A stretch of 49,130 nt of DNA from Dehalococcoidia bacterium (lineage in GTDB: Bacteria > Chloroflexota > Dehalococcoidia > CAUJGQ01). This document shows positions 1 through 9,179 of this stretch, one piece after another. Each line of letters starts with the position of its first letter. The stretch's first letter is position 1. The stretch is from positions 1-49,130 of the forward strand of contig JBBQJF010000002.1 of the NCBI GenBank assembly GCA_038325665.1. The letters are read 5' to 3'. A model generated the notes under the pieces. It saw only the letters and a program-made list of their open reading frames with translations. It ran no database searches and was not told the DNA's origin. A program made the position numbers and the translations under genes.

Positions 1-258
1 GGAAAGGGACGATGACGCCTATCCTCCCCTCGTGGCGGAGAGGGGGTCGCCGCTGCTTGATGACACTATCGTAGCATGGTTGGGGCGCGATCCCCGGCGG
101 AAACGGCTGTCAATTCGACGGGATGGCTTTCTCCCGCCGCCAATCGATGCCGCGAGGGACGATTGCCGAAGCGGGCGCATGGTGCGCGATCCGCGTGCGG
201 CGCCGGGGCACGCGAACCGGTCACGGGAAAGCAGCGCGCACACGCGGCAGGGACATCG

Positions 259-966
259 TCACCCGGTCTTGAAGCCCTCGCCATCAGAATCCAGGCTGAT
301 GATGCCCCTCTTGAGGGCATAGCGGATCAGATCGGTCGTGCGTTGCGCGCCGACTTTCGTCATAATGTGCGCCTTGTGGGCCTCGACGGTCTTAACGCTG
401 AGGACGAGCCGGTCGGCGATGCTCTGGTTGGGATGGCCCTCGGCAACCAGTTGCAGAATCTCGCGTTCGCGTTCCGTCAGTTTCTCGCTTGAATCTTGGA
501 CCTGTGACTGGGCTTGCATGAGCAGTTCGATTGCCGTGCGCCCGTCCGAGACCGAGCTGCTGATGTACAAGTTGCCACGGTGCACCGCCTGGATAGCGAG
601 CAGCAGCTCTTTGACATCGGAACGCTTGACCACGTAGCCATATGCGCCTGCCCGTAGCGCTTCGAGCACCCGGTCGTCGTCGGTATACCCGGTGAGCATG
701 AGGACACGTACCCCGCGGGCGCGTTGGATGATCTGTCGCGTTGCCTCCACGCCGTTGAGGCCGGGCATCGCCAAGTCCATGAGCACCACATCCGGCAGGA
801 GTCTCTGGGCGGCCTCGACCGCCTCTCGGCCGTCGCAGACATCACCAACGACTTCGACCTCACCGTGCATCGACAACAACACGCGCAGCGCCTCGCGCAG
901 TACCGCGTGATCGTCGGCGAGAAGAACACGGATACGACCGGATCCCGCCGGGTGGGTCTCGTTCAT
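259..966 (-). CDS. NarL/FixJ-type two-component response regulator (REC domain + LuxR-type HTH); no kinase gene adjacent
   Basis: ORF 259..1050(-). Receiver motifs RVLLADDHAVLREAL and DVVLMDLAMPGLNG. C-terminal LTEREREILQLVAEGHPNQSIADRLVLSVKTVEAHKAHIMTKV is a LuxR-type HTH. Start moved to the ATG at 966 (MNETHPAG), because upstream residues look non-coding. Confidence 0.85.
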   Translation of the reverse strand: MNETHPAGSGRIRVLLADDHAVLREALRVLLSMHGEVEVVGDVCDGREAVEAAQRLLPDVVLMDLAMPGLNGVEATRQIIQRARGVRVLMLTGYTDDDRVLEALRAGAYGYVVKRSDVKELLLAIQAVHRGNLYISSSVSDGRTAIELLMQAQSQVQDSSEKLTEREREILQLVAEGHPNQSIADRLVLSVKTVEAHKAHIMTKVGAQRTTDLIRYALKRGIISLDSDGEGFKTG

Positions 967-1280
967 CGAGTAACGCTCACGATCGTGCGATGGCGCTTGG
1001 ATTCTTGATCCAGATTCGGCGGGAGAGATGGAATCGACGCCAACAACCATTACCGGCGATCCAGTCTGGTTGGGAACCGGCGGTCAGGCCCAACGCTGTA
1101 AATCGCGAGGTATAGGGTTCGGTACGATCGCGGGGTATCTCGCTTGGCACCTCGTCGGTAGGTATCGGTATCAGGTGCGGTCGCGTTGGTTTCACCAGCC
1201 AAGAGCACTGTATCATAGTACGACAATAGACGCGAAATTCGACACTTAACACAATTGTGGCAAACTTGGCACTGTAACTG

Positions 1281-1302
1281 CATCGCAACAGGCGTTGCGA
1301 TG
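1281..1302. repeat. Perfect 9-bp inverted repeat (CATCGCAAC-aggc-GTTGCGATG) in an AT-rich 560-nt intergenic region
   Basis: Read directly from the sequence. Flanking CTG/gCAG extend the stem. It lies between the divergent response regulator and GNAT genes. Function unknown. Confidence 0.5.
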
Positions 1303-1541
1303 GCAGTGCAATCGATGCATTGATCGTCGGATTTAGGTACTAGGATGCGGGCTTTGCAATCGGGAGAGCGGGTTGCCGCGACCGCGCGAGGCAGTGCGTC
1401 GATTATTGGGATCCTCGCCGGCCCGCCACCGGGCGTGAGGCGCCGGCGGCAGCACATGTCCGATACGGCAGCCGTGTCCCCGCGACTGCCGTACCGCCTG
1501 ATCCGTCACGCGGCGTACGCTGCATCATGGAGGTGCCGACG

Positions 1542-2084
1542 ATGATCGAGGGACGGTTGGTCAAGTTGCGAGCGCGCGATGCCGCCGATGCCGAGCGGGC
1601 GCACGGGTGGATCACTGATTGGGAGGTGGCGCGCTTCCTTGTGTCGCGCTATCCACTCTCCCTGGCGCATGAGCGCTCCTGGCTTGAGGTCAGCCCCATG
1701 CCATCATTCCATCAGGTTCCGCTGGCGATCGACACGCGCGAGGGCGTCCACATTGGCAATATCGACCTCCGCGCCATCCAGCCGGAGAATCGCACCGCCG
1801 AGATCGGGATCATGATCGGCGACAAGTCCTATTGGTCGCGCGGTTATGGCTCGGACGCGGTTCGCACGCTCGCCGGGTTCGCCTTCCATCAGATGAATCT
1901 CGAACGCGTCTACCTGACCACCTACGAGTTCAACGAGCGCGGTCAGCGGGCGTTTCTCAAGGCCGGCTTCACCATCGAGGGACGGCTCCGGCGGCATGTC
2001 TACGTCGATGGTCGGGCATGGGACGCTATCATGATGGGAATGTTGCGGTCAGAGTTCGAGGAGCAGGAGGCGGCGCGGACGTGA
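1542..2084 (+). CDS. GNAT family N-acetyltransferase (RimJ/RimL-like)
   Basis: ORF 1527..2084. Typical RimJ-like N-terminus IEGRLVKLRARDAADAERAHGW and core IGIMIGDKSYWSRGYGSDAVRTLAGFAF...ERVYLTTYEFNERGQRAFLKAGF. The ATG at 1542 follows GGAGG with 8-nt spacing. Confidence 0.8.
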   Translation: MIEGRLVKLRARDAADAERAHGWITDWEVARFLVSRYPLSLAHERSWLEVSPMPSFHQVPLAIDTREGVHIGNIDLRAIQPENRTAEIGIMIGDKSYWSRGYGSDAVRTLAGFAFHQMNLERVYLTTYEFNERGQRAFLKAGFTIEGRLRRHVYVDGRAWDAIMMGMLRSEFEEQEAART

Positions 2085-2091
2085 CCACCGC

Positions 2092-2748
2092 ATGCCGCCG
2101 GATGCGATGACCGATTGGTACGATGCGAACGCCGAACGGTACGACACGCTCGAACACGGCGTCGCGGGTGATGTCGCCTTCTACGTCGCCCGCGCGGCCG
2201 AGGCCGCGCCGCCCGTGCTCGAACTGGGATGCGGGACGGGAAGAGTCGCGATCGCCATCGCGCGGTCGGGGACGCCGATCACGGGTCTGGACCGGTCGGC
2301 GGCGATGCTGGCGGTGGCGCGACGCAAGAGTCGTGACAGCGGTAACCCTCGGTGGGTTGAGGGCGATATGCGTACCTTCCACCTCGGTGAGGAGTTCGGC
2401 CTGATTTGCATCCCCCACCGTGGATTCCAGCACCTGCTTACCTCCGCGGATCAACGCGCCGCGTTGGAGCGGTGCCGCGCCCATCTTCGCCCCGGCGGAC
2501 ACCTGGTATTTAACGTCGCGAACCCGCTCGACCGGCTGCTGACCACGACGCCCGCGCGGGCACTGTTCGGCCGGCCCTACCCGACCATGCGCATGCGCTA
2601 CACGCGCGCCGGTGAGATGACCGAGATGCTCAACAACAGCGGTTTCGTGATCGACGCGCTGTACGGCGCCTGCGATCGACGACCCTTCGATGAGGACAGC
2701 ATCGAACAGGTATGGGTGGCGCGACGGGCGGAGCGCGACGATCGGTAG
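2092..2748 (+). CDS. Class I SAM-dependent methyltransferase
   Basis: SAM-binding motif I VLELGCGTGRVAIAIARSG followed by ITGLDRSAAMLAVA. The size (218 aa) is typical. Confidence 0.85.
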   Translation: MPPDAMTDWYDANAERYDTLEHGVAGDVAFYVARAAEAAPPVLELGCGTGRVAIAIARSGTPITGLDRSAAMLAVARRKSRDSGNPRWVEGDMRTFHLGEEFGLICIPHRGFQHLLTSADQRAALERCRAHLRPGGHLVFNVANPLDRLLTTTPARALFGRPYPTMRMRYTRAGEMTEMLNNSGFVIDALYGACDRRPFDEDSIEQVWVARRAERDDR

Positions 2749-2762
2749 CCGGGTATCCTGAT

Positions 2763-2791
2763 GGCGCCGCACATGAGAGCGATGCGGCGCC
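2763..2791 (+). terminator. Hairpin (GGCGCCGCA-11 nt-TGCGGCGCC) between convergent genes; possible terminator
   Basis: Perfect 9-bp stem 15 nt after the methyltransferase stop. There is no clear U-tract, so the terminator role is inferred. Confidence 0.35.
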
Positions 2792-2961
2792 CACCGACGC
2801 GACCGCGGCGAGGTGGTGGGAAACGTCTGGGGCGCGAACCCATCTCCGCGGGCCAAGACGCACCAACCTATGCGCCATGACCCGTTACAGCAACAACGGC
2901 CCGCGAGAACAATTGAGATGGTCGCATCCGCCGGATCTGGCGCTCACCGGAGCGCGGCTTG

Positions 2962-5607
2962 TCATGACCATGCGCCGGCCGGCCCCTCGTCCGCGATCGA
3001 CGGTGCGGCAAGGGCGTACGTCACCGCCCGATCAACCGAGAACGATTCGCCGTCCGCCCACGCATCGGCCAGCGCCTGCTCGCCGAGCGCGGCGCGCCAC
3101 TCCTCGCGATACCGGCGGAGATCGCTCTCCAGTTCATGCGGCAACGGCTGGCCGGTGGCGGCGCGCACCGCCATCGCGGCCGCCAGGATACGCGCGGCGC
3201 GCGCTGGCCGTCGCAGGTCATGTTCGAGTGCGGCGTATTCCCAGAGCGCCGAATGCGCCCGCTTTGGGTCGCCCAGCGCACTCGATATCTCCAGGTTGGC
3301 GGCGGCATGCGCCTGAGCGGCAACGAGATCGCCCCGCAAGCGCGCGAGGATGGTCAGTCGATCATGGGCCGAGGCAAGACGCGCCCGGTCCCCGATCTCA
3401 CCGGCAATTGCCAGCATCTCCTCGGCATATAGACCGGCGGTCACGAGGTCGCCCTCGATCGCGACGATCTCCGCGAGTGAACCGAGGACCACGGCCGTCT
3501 CGCGGCGGTCGCCCAGCCCCTTACAGATGACCAGCGCCTCCTCATGGAGGGCGCGCGCCCGTCCGATCTCGCCGGACCAACGCGCCATATGAGCCAGGCT
3601 GCCAAGCACCACCGCCGCCGCCCGCCGGTCTCCCAACGCGCGCCACTCCCGCAGCGCGTCTTCCATCAACGGCCGGGCCTGGTCATACCGGTTCTTCCCC
3701 ATCGCGCTCGCGCCGAGTGCCTGCAGACAGCGCGTGACCAGCCGCCGGTTCTCGGAGGCGCGAGCGGCGGTGAGCGCGTGCGCGAAGCACACGTCCGAAT
3801 CCGCGAAGCGCGATTGGCGGAAGGCGAGCACTCCCAGCAGGTGGAGCGCGTCGGCCGCGCCCGCGGCGTCGCCACACCCGTGGAAGAGCGCCAGCGCCTG
3901 CTCGGCCAGCGCGACTCCGGACGTGAATTCGGAGCGTGCCTCCTCGATTCTACCCGCCGCGACGAGCGCCGTGGCGCGGTCAGCCGGGTCGGCCTCCGGA
4001 GTGGCCTCCAGCATCCGTTCCAGCCAGCTCGCACCCGTGGTGAGATGGCCACGCAGCAGCCAGAAGGCGGCCAGCACGGTCGCGAGCCGCAGGCCCAGCG
4101 CTGGTTGCCCACGCGCGTACCACCCGAGCGCGGCGCGTAGATTGTCGTGTTCCCGGAGGAGCCAGGCGAGCCACTGTCCGCTGTCCTCTTGATGAAGCCG
4201 CGCATCAGCGCGCTGGGCCAGCCCGAGGTAGAGGGTCGCGTGCCGGTCGCGGGCGCAACCCGCGCCCCCGGCATCGTCGCTCGAGGACGCGAGGGCGTTG
4301 AGTTTCTCGTCGGCGTACGCCCGCACCGTCTCCTGAAGCCGGTACCTCGCCGCGTCGCCGTGATACTCAACCAGCACCAGCGATTTTTCGACCAGGCTGG
4401 TCATGAGGTCGAACAGGTGCTCCGGCACGACCTCCCCTCCACCGCACACCACCTCGGCCGCCTCGATCTCGCAGCCACCGTCGAAGACTGATAGCCGCTC
4501 CAGGAGCCGGCGCTCGGGTCCGCTCAGGAGGTCGTAGCTCCAGTCCAGCGCGGCGCGTAAGGTCTGTTGTCGCGGCAGCGCATCAGGGTCACCGCCGGTG
4601 AGGAGGCGGAAGCGTTCATCCAGGCGGGCCGCGATTTGCTCCGGCGTGAGGACGCGCGCCCGCGCAGCCGCCAGTTCAATCGCGAGCGGGATGCCGCCGA
4701 GCCGGCGGCAGATAGTCGCCACGGCCGGGGCATTCGTCTCCGTGATCGCGAAGGCCGGATGCGCGGTCATGGCGCGGACATTGAAGAGCCGGCCGGAGTC
4801 GGAGCGAGCCACGCTCTCGGCGGTGTGGCGTGGCACACCCATGGCGGCCGGTTCCGGTTCAGGGATGGTCAGCGATGGCACCACCCACACCATTTCGCCG
4901 GTCACGCCCAGCGCCTCGCGGCTGGTGATGAGGATGCGCAGCTTCGGACAGGCGTGCAGCAAGATTGCGACCAGCTCGCCGGCGGCATCGCGCAAATGCT
5001 CGCAGTTGTCCAAGACAAGGAGCAGTTCCTTGTCGGTCAGCGCCCCCACCAGCGTGGCCGCCACCGCCATGCCGGGCTGATCGCGCACCTCCAGCGACCG
5101 TGCCACCGTGAGCGCGAGCAACGCCGGGTCCGCGAGGGACGCCAGCTCCACCAGGCGCACGCCATCGGGATGCGTACCGGCCGGACCCGAGGCCACCCGT
5201 GTTGCGAGGCGGGTCTTGCCGATGCCGCCCATGCCGACCAAGGTGAGCAGCCGCGAGGATTCAAGCAGCCGGAGTACGATGGTCTGCTCCTGCTCACGGC
5301 CGACGAAGCTGGTGGCGGGCGCGGGCAGGCCAGCCGCAACCGGCGCGGCATGGTCGGGTAGGGTCTCCGTGCGGGAACGGGAGACGGCGGCGTGCAACCG
5401 CACCCGCTCCGGCGCGGCTAGGGCGAGCGCCTCCGAAAGTTGATCGACCGTGTGCCGGTATGGGGCGCGCCGCACGCCTCGTTCGAGGGCGCTGACCGCG
5501 GCCGCGCTCAGATCGGCCCGCTCGGCCAGCGCGTCCTGGGACAGGCCGGCCGCCACGCGGTACCGCCGCAACAATGCGCCGAACGGCGCCGTGGGAGCCG
5601 TGTCCAA
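2962..5607 (-). CDS. STAND-type regulator: XRE-like HTH + NB-ARC/AAA P-loop NTPase + long TPR-like repeat region
   Basis: ORF 2962..5790(-). HTH segment FGALLRRYRVAAGLSQDALAERADLSAAAVSALERG. Walker A LLTLVGMGGIGKTRLA at about 5212-5235, and LLLVLDNCEH (Walker B-like). The C-terminal ~500 aa are A/L/R-rich TPR-like repeats. Preferred start is the TTG at 5607, preceded by GGGGAG with 6-nt spacing. The GTG at 5790 would leave only 18 nt to the divergent gene. Confidence 0.85.
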   Translation of the reverse strand: MDTAPTAPFGALLRRYRVAAGLSQDALAERADLSAAAVSALERGVRRAPYRHTVDQLSEALALAAPERVRLHAAVSRSRTETLPDHAAPVAAGLPAPATSFVGREQEQTIVLRLLESSRLLTLVGMGGIGKTRLATRVASGPAGTHPDGVRLVELASLADPALLALTVARSLEVRDQPGMAVAATLVGALTDKELLLVLDNCEHLRDAAGELVAILLHACPKLRILITSREALGVTGEMVWVVPSLTIPEPEPAAMGVPRHTAESVARSDSGRLFNVRAMTAHPAFAITETNAPAVATICRRLGGIPLAIELAAARARVLTPEQIAARLDERFRLLTGGDPDALPRQQTLRAALDWSYDLLSGPERRLLERLSVFDGGCEIEAAEVVCGGGEVVPEHLFDLMTSLVEKSLVLVEYHGDAARYRLQETVRAYADEKLNALASSSDDAGGAGCARDRHATLYLGLAQRADARLHQEDSGQWLAWLLREHDNLRAALGWYARGQPALGLRLATVLAAFWLLRGHLTTGASWLERMLEATPEADPADRATALVAAGRIEEARSEFTSGVALAEQALALFHGCGDAAGAADALHLLGVLAFRQSRFADSDVCFAHALTAARASENRRLVTRCLQALGASAMGKNRYDQARPLMEDALREWRALGDRRAAAVVLGSLAHMARWSGEIGRARALHEEALVICKGLGDRRETAVVLGSLAEIVAIEGDLVTAGLYAEEMLAIAGEIGDRARLASAHDRLTILARLRGDLVAAQAHAAANLEISSALGDPKRAHSALWEYAALEHDLRRPARAARILAAAMAVRAATGQPLPHELESDLRRYREEWRAALGEQALADAWADGESFSVDRAVTYALAAPSIADEGPAGAWS

Positions 5608-5662
5608 ATTCGCTCTCCCCGCACCCGGCGCCCGCGGAATCCGCGTGCCGACCCTAACCTTA

Positions 5663-5692
5663 TCACACGGCGCCGCCACGGCAACTGTGTGA
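5663..5692. promoter_or_regulatory. Inverted repeat TCACAC-N18-GTGTGA in the divergent promoter region; candidate operator
   Basis: Seen in the 200-nt region between the STAND regulator start (5607) and the first secreted-protein gene (5808). The operator role is inferred only. Confidence 0.25.
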
Positions 5693-5807
5693 CTAGCTGT
5701 ACGAGTTGTGCCTGTGCGGCCGGCGGCCGGCCCGCGACAGTAAGCACACGAGACGCCGACCACTCGCGGCGACACCTTCACCGACCGCACCTACAGGAGG
5801 AACCACC

Positions 5808-7169
5808 ATGCACCCACGAAACATCGCCCCCCGCGTACGCTCGGTCCGCACGCTCGCCCTGGGTGGCCTGGCGGTCGCCGCAGCGCTTTCGGTCTCTGCC
5901 ATGCCGTCGGTTACGCGACCGGCCGCCGCCGCGCTGTGCCCGGGCGTCGTCCGCCAGGCCGTGCTGTCCACGACCGCATCCGTCCAGTCGTCGCGAGGGG
6001 TCCTCGCGTTGGCCGCGGAGCCCGCACCGGCCGCGCCCGCAACCCCGGCGGGCGGCACGAACTTCGTCCCTATCTCCACGGCCGCTATGCTCACGACCGG
6101 CACGACCCTGGGCACGGCCAGGGGTCAGGTGGTTTTGGCTAAGCTCGACCCCGACCTGACGCTCGAGGATCTCACGATTCAGTCGTGCGACGGCAAGTAC
6201 ATGATTTCAGCGCGATTGCGGAACGGTGAAGCGACCCGCACGCGGGCCTATGAGGGCGGTGGCACGATTGTGCTAGAGCGTAGCAGCGGCGCCCTGCAGA
6301 ACACCTCCACCCCGTTCGCGAGCAACGTCCCGGCGGTGGCGCTCGCCACGGTGAAGATTCCCGCCCTCGCCGGCGGTGAGTCCGTCACGATATCGGCCGC
6401 GTCCGACGTGCGCGGCATCTTTCGGGTGCGGGCGTTCTCGGATGCGCCGGGTTCGGTGGAGCGACCGGCGGTGTTGCCGGGAGATGGCGCCAAGGTGCTC
6501 ACCGCGAGCAACCTCCGCGCGGACTCGGTCACCGTGAACAACGCGCTGTTGAACTTCGCCACGAGCAATACGCTGGGTAAGGCGCGGCTGCGGCTGGACC
6601 GCGATGAGTCCTACGTGCGCATCCCCGGCCTCTACGACAAGACGTTCTCTATCGCCACGAAGCTGGTGGAGAACCCGATTAAGGATGCCTATTACTACCT
6701 GAGCGATGTGAACTCGACGAGTGTGTCACGCGAGTTCAAAAACGGCGGCCTTGATATGTGCTTCGACTTCGAGCTTGATGGCACCGAGTTGGTGGGTTAC
6801 GTGAAGACCTTCGCCGGTGACTGGGATGGCGGCGCTCCGGACGGCAACGCCGATCCGTTTCAGGTGTGCATCCACATTCCGATGAGCTTCAACGCCGTGG
6901 GCGTCATCTTCGACAGCGCCAACCTGACCGTCACTCCCAACATTCGGTGGGACTTCAACGGCCCCCTTGGCGGCATCATCCAGAGCGCGTACTCCTCCGA
7001 GATTAACGGCGAGGTCGAGCAGAAGTTCAAGGAGATGCTACTCGAGGGCAACGTCGGCGAGCGACTGTCCAGCGAGTTTAACAGCGCGATTCAGGGACTG
7101 GTGAACGGTGCGCGCATCACCGCGTTTCACCTCGATGACGACCAACTCGTGATTGACATCCAGAATTAG
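5808..7169 (+). CDS. Secreted protein of unknown function (signal peptide, CARDB-like beta region, unrecognised C-terminal domain)
   Basis: The ATG at 5808 is preceded by AGGAGG. N-terminus MHPRNIAPRVRSVRTLALGGLAVAAALSVSAMP is signal-peptide-like. The middle part LEDLTIQSCDGKYMISARLRNGE...VKIPALAGGESVTISAASD resembles CARDB-type beta-sandwiches. I cannot place the last ~250 aa. Confidence 0.75.
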   Translation: MHPRNIAPRVRSVRTLALGGLAVAAALSVSAMPSVTRPAAAALCPGVVRQAVLSTTASVQSSRGVLALAAEPAPAAPATPAGGTNFVPISTAAMLTTGTTLGTARGQVVLAKLDPDLTLEDLTIQSCDGKYMISARLRNGEATRTRAYEGGGTIVLERSSGALQNTSTPFASNVPAVALATVKIPALAGGESVTISAASDVRGIFRVRAFSDAPGSVERPAVLPGDGAKVLTASNLRADSVTVNNALLNFATSNTLGKARLRLDRDESYVRIPGLYDKTFSIATKLVENPIKDAYYYLSDVNSTSVSREFKNGGLDMCFDFELDGTELVGYVKTFAGDWDGGAPDGNADPFQVCIHIPMSFNAVGVIFDSANLTVTPNIRWDFNGPLGGIIQSAYSSEINGEVEQKFKEMLLEGNVGERLSSEFNSAIQGLVNGARITAFHLDDDQLVIDIQN

Positions 7170-7188
7170 GCCACGACCGAATCAACAG

Positions 7189-7220
7189 CCGCGCTCCTGG
7201 CGGTCCACGCGGGAGCGCGG
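7189..7220 (+). other. Intercistronic hairpin (CCGCGCTCC-14 nt-GGAGCGCGG)
   Basis: Perfect 9-bp stem 20 nt after the stop at 7169 and 73 nt before the next start. It could be a partial terminator or a processing/stability element. Confidence 0.35.
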
Positions 7221-7292
7221 AACGTGCGCCAGGTAGAACGAATTCGGAACGCGCTCACCTGTCTTGCAGCGGGCCGAGCCACGGGAGGGATC

Positions 7293-8354
7293 ATGAAACG
7301 GACACATTCAATCACCATCGCCGGCCGGTTCGCCGCTGTCGTCGGCATCGTCGCCGGCCTCTTCCTTATGCACGGCATGCACGGCGGCCCGGTCGGGGCG
7401 GAGGGGTACGAAGCGCCGAGTGTGGCAGCCTACCCGAACTCACCGGGCTGGATCACGGTCGTCTGGCAGCATTCCGGCGTCGGTACGTACTGGTACAACA
7501 TCGAACGGCAGGATCGCGGGGATGTCGTGGGGCGAGTGAACGGCGTCAGCGGCACGTTCACCGACACGAATCTGCAGCCCGGCACGCGATACAGTTATCG
7601 GGTCTGTGCCGTCTATGACGTGAACCAGGCCTGCTCCGAGTGGGCGAGCGCTCAAACCTTCTCGACCTCGCCGCCGTCCGGGGGCGGTACGCCTCCGCCA
7701 CCGGCCCAGCCGAAGGACGTCACGTTGACCGCGACACCGCGGCGGCCGGCGGCGATCACACTCGCGTTCACGGTAGAGGCCGGCGCCGAATCGACGACCG
7801 ATCGGTTCGTCGTCATGCGCCACAATCCCCTTGACACGTCCCTTTCTAGCATCATCGGCGACGTGCGGCGACCCGCGCTCAAGGGGTATTCCGGCTCTTT
7901 CACCGATACCAAAGTGCGGCCGAACACCGAGTATTTCTATAGCGCCTGCTTCCAGACTGTCATCAGCAACTCGTTTGGCCTGTGCAGTCCGCTGGTGAGC
8001 ACCTCGGTCTCCGTGCCACTGCCGCCGACACCGACGAACCTGTACCTTAAGGCCAGAACATCCGGTCAGGTTGAACTGGCCTGGACACCGAATATCACCG
8101 ACGGCCTCGCGACGACCGAATTTGACATCTACCGCGACGGCACGCGCATCGCAACGAGGGTGTGGTATCCAGTGGAGAACCATTACTTCGATGCAGCACA
8201 GCCGGGCATCGCGTGGTACAAGGTCTGCGCGGTCGACGATCGCGGCAAGGCGGACGAAGTGCAGAGTTGCTCATCCGACCTCAGGGTGCTGACGATTCAA
8301 GCCGGCGCCGAGGTGTTGAACCCGAACAAGGCTCCGGCGGCGCGACAGCCATGA
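7293..8354 (+). CDS. Membrane-anchored or secreted protein with three fibronectin type III-like modules
   Basis: The ATG at 7293 follows GGGAGGGA. It has an N-terminal hydrophobic anchor IAGRFAAVVGIVAGLFLM. Three FN3-like units carry W..., FTDT-x-(L/V)-x-P-x-T-x-Y-x-Y motifs. Each unit ends with a Cys pair (C-x8-C, C-x11-C, C-x13-C). Confidence 0.8.
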   Translation: MKRTHSITIAGRFAAVVGIVAGLFLMHGMHGGPVGAEGYEAPSVAAYPNSPGWITVVWQHSGVGTYWYNIERQDRGDVVGRVNGVSGTFTDTNLQPGTRYSYRVCAVYDVNQACSEWASAQTFSTSPPSGGGTPPPPAQPKDVTLTATPRRPAAITLAFTVEAGAESTTDRFVVMRHNPLDTSLSSIIGDVRRPALKGYSGSFTDTKVRPNTEYFYSACFQTVISNSFGLCSPLVSTSVSVPLPPTPTNLYLKARTSGQVELAWTPNITDGLATTEFDIYRDGTRIATRVWYPVENHYFDAAQPGIAWYKVCAVDDRGKADEVQSCSSDLRVLTIQAGAEVLNPNKAPAARQP

Positions 8355-8415
8355 GGATCGTCCCCACGGACGCAACCAGGCAACTGAACATTTGGACGGG
8401 AAAAGGAGAACGACT

Positions 8416-9174
8416 ATGAGATTCGCACGCGTGATGCGGCCGTGGACGCGGTACGCGGTGGTCGCCGCTGTCCTTCTCGGTTTGGCAGTCTCGCCGGGAG
8501 CGGGCGCGGCACGGGCAGACGAACCCGGTCAGGCGCCTCCCGTGGTCAGCTTCCGTGGCAACTCCGACGGACGGCAGTCGGTGATCGCTGGGACCGTGTC
8601 GCTCCACGCGGGCCTTGTTGTATTGAGGGCGCGGGCGAACAGCAGTAGCATCTTCACCGTCGATCTGGCCACGGCGCCGGCCGGGCTTTCGCCGCTCACC
8701 GACTACACCTTCAGCCGCAACCTGATCAACAACGGTCTCCGCTATGATGGCGCCGTGGCGACGCTGCTTCCTACCGATAACGAGTACTTCGTGATCGTCT
8801 CCGTCTCCGGCACGTTCTCACTCACCCTGGAGCAGCCGGACCTCGGCAACGCGGCTCCCGTCAACGCCCGCACCTTTACCGGTGAGGCAGATGGCGTGAC
8901 ACCGGTGTTCGCGCTGCCGGCCGGCACGTACACGATCCATGTCACGTCAGCCGCGACGTCCCGCCTGTTCGCATGGCTGTATCAGGTGGACGACTTGGGC
9001 GGTTCGACCGTGTTCGATAGCTCCGACGGCCGCTTCCTACAGCAGTTGGGCGGCCCATTTGATGAGACGGCGACGTTCACGATTCGCCGCCCCGGTCGCT
9101 TCCTCTTGTTCATCAACGCCGGCTCCTACGAGCCGGTGAAGGACGCCCCCACCTGGAGCATCTCGGTCGAGTAA
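8416..9174 (+). CDS. Secreted protein of unknown function (two beta-sandwich-like halves)
   Basis: The ATG at 8416 follows AAAGGAG. Signal peptide MRFARVMRPWTRYAVVAAVLLGLAVSPGAGAARA. Motifs such as FALPAGTYTIHVTSAATS recall PPC/pre-peptidase-type beta domains, but the match is weak. Confidence 0.7.
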   Translation: MRFARVMRPWTRYAVVAAVLLGLAVSPGAGAARADEPGQAPPVVSFRGNSDGRQSVIAGTVSLHAGLVVLRARANSSSIFTVDLATAPAGLSPLTDYTFSRNLINNGLRYDGAVATLLPTDNEYFVIVSVSGTFSLTLEQPDLGNAAPVNARTFTGEADGVTPVFALPAGTYTIHVTSAATSRLFAWLYQVDDLGGSTVFDSSDGRFLQQLGGPFDETATFTIRRPGRFLLFINAGSYEPVKDAPTWSISVE

Positions 9175-9179
9175 TCAGC

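Noticed and set aside
1-258. Several 70-140-aa ORFs at the left edge (19-243, 32-322, 66-320, 76-492).
   Set aside because: They overlap one another in several frames, are rich in Arg, Pro, Ser and Ala, and have no motifs or SD. Nothing supports a gene here.
5608-5790. An N-terminal extension of the STAND regulator ORF back to the GTG at 5790.
   Set aside because: The extra 61 residues (MRSVKVSPRVVGVSCAYCRGPAAGRTG...) look non-coding and would leave 18 nt to the divergent gene. The TTG at 5607 has a proper GGGGAG SD and sits just before the HTH.
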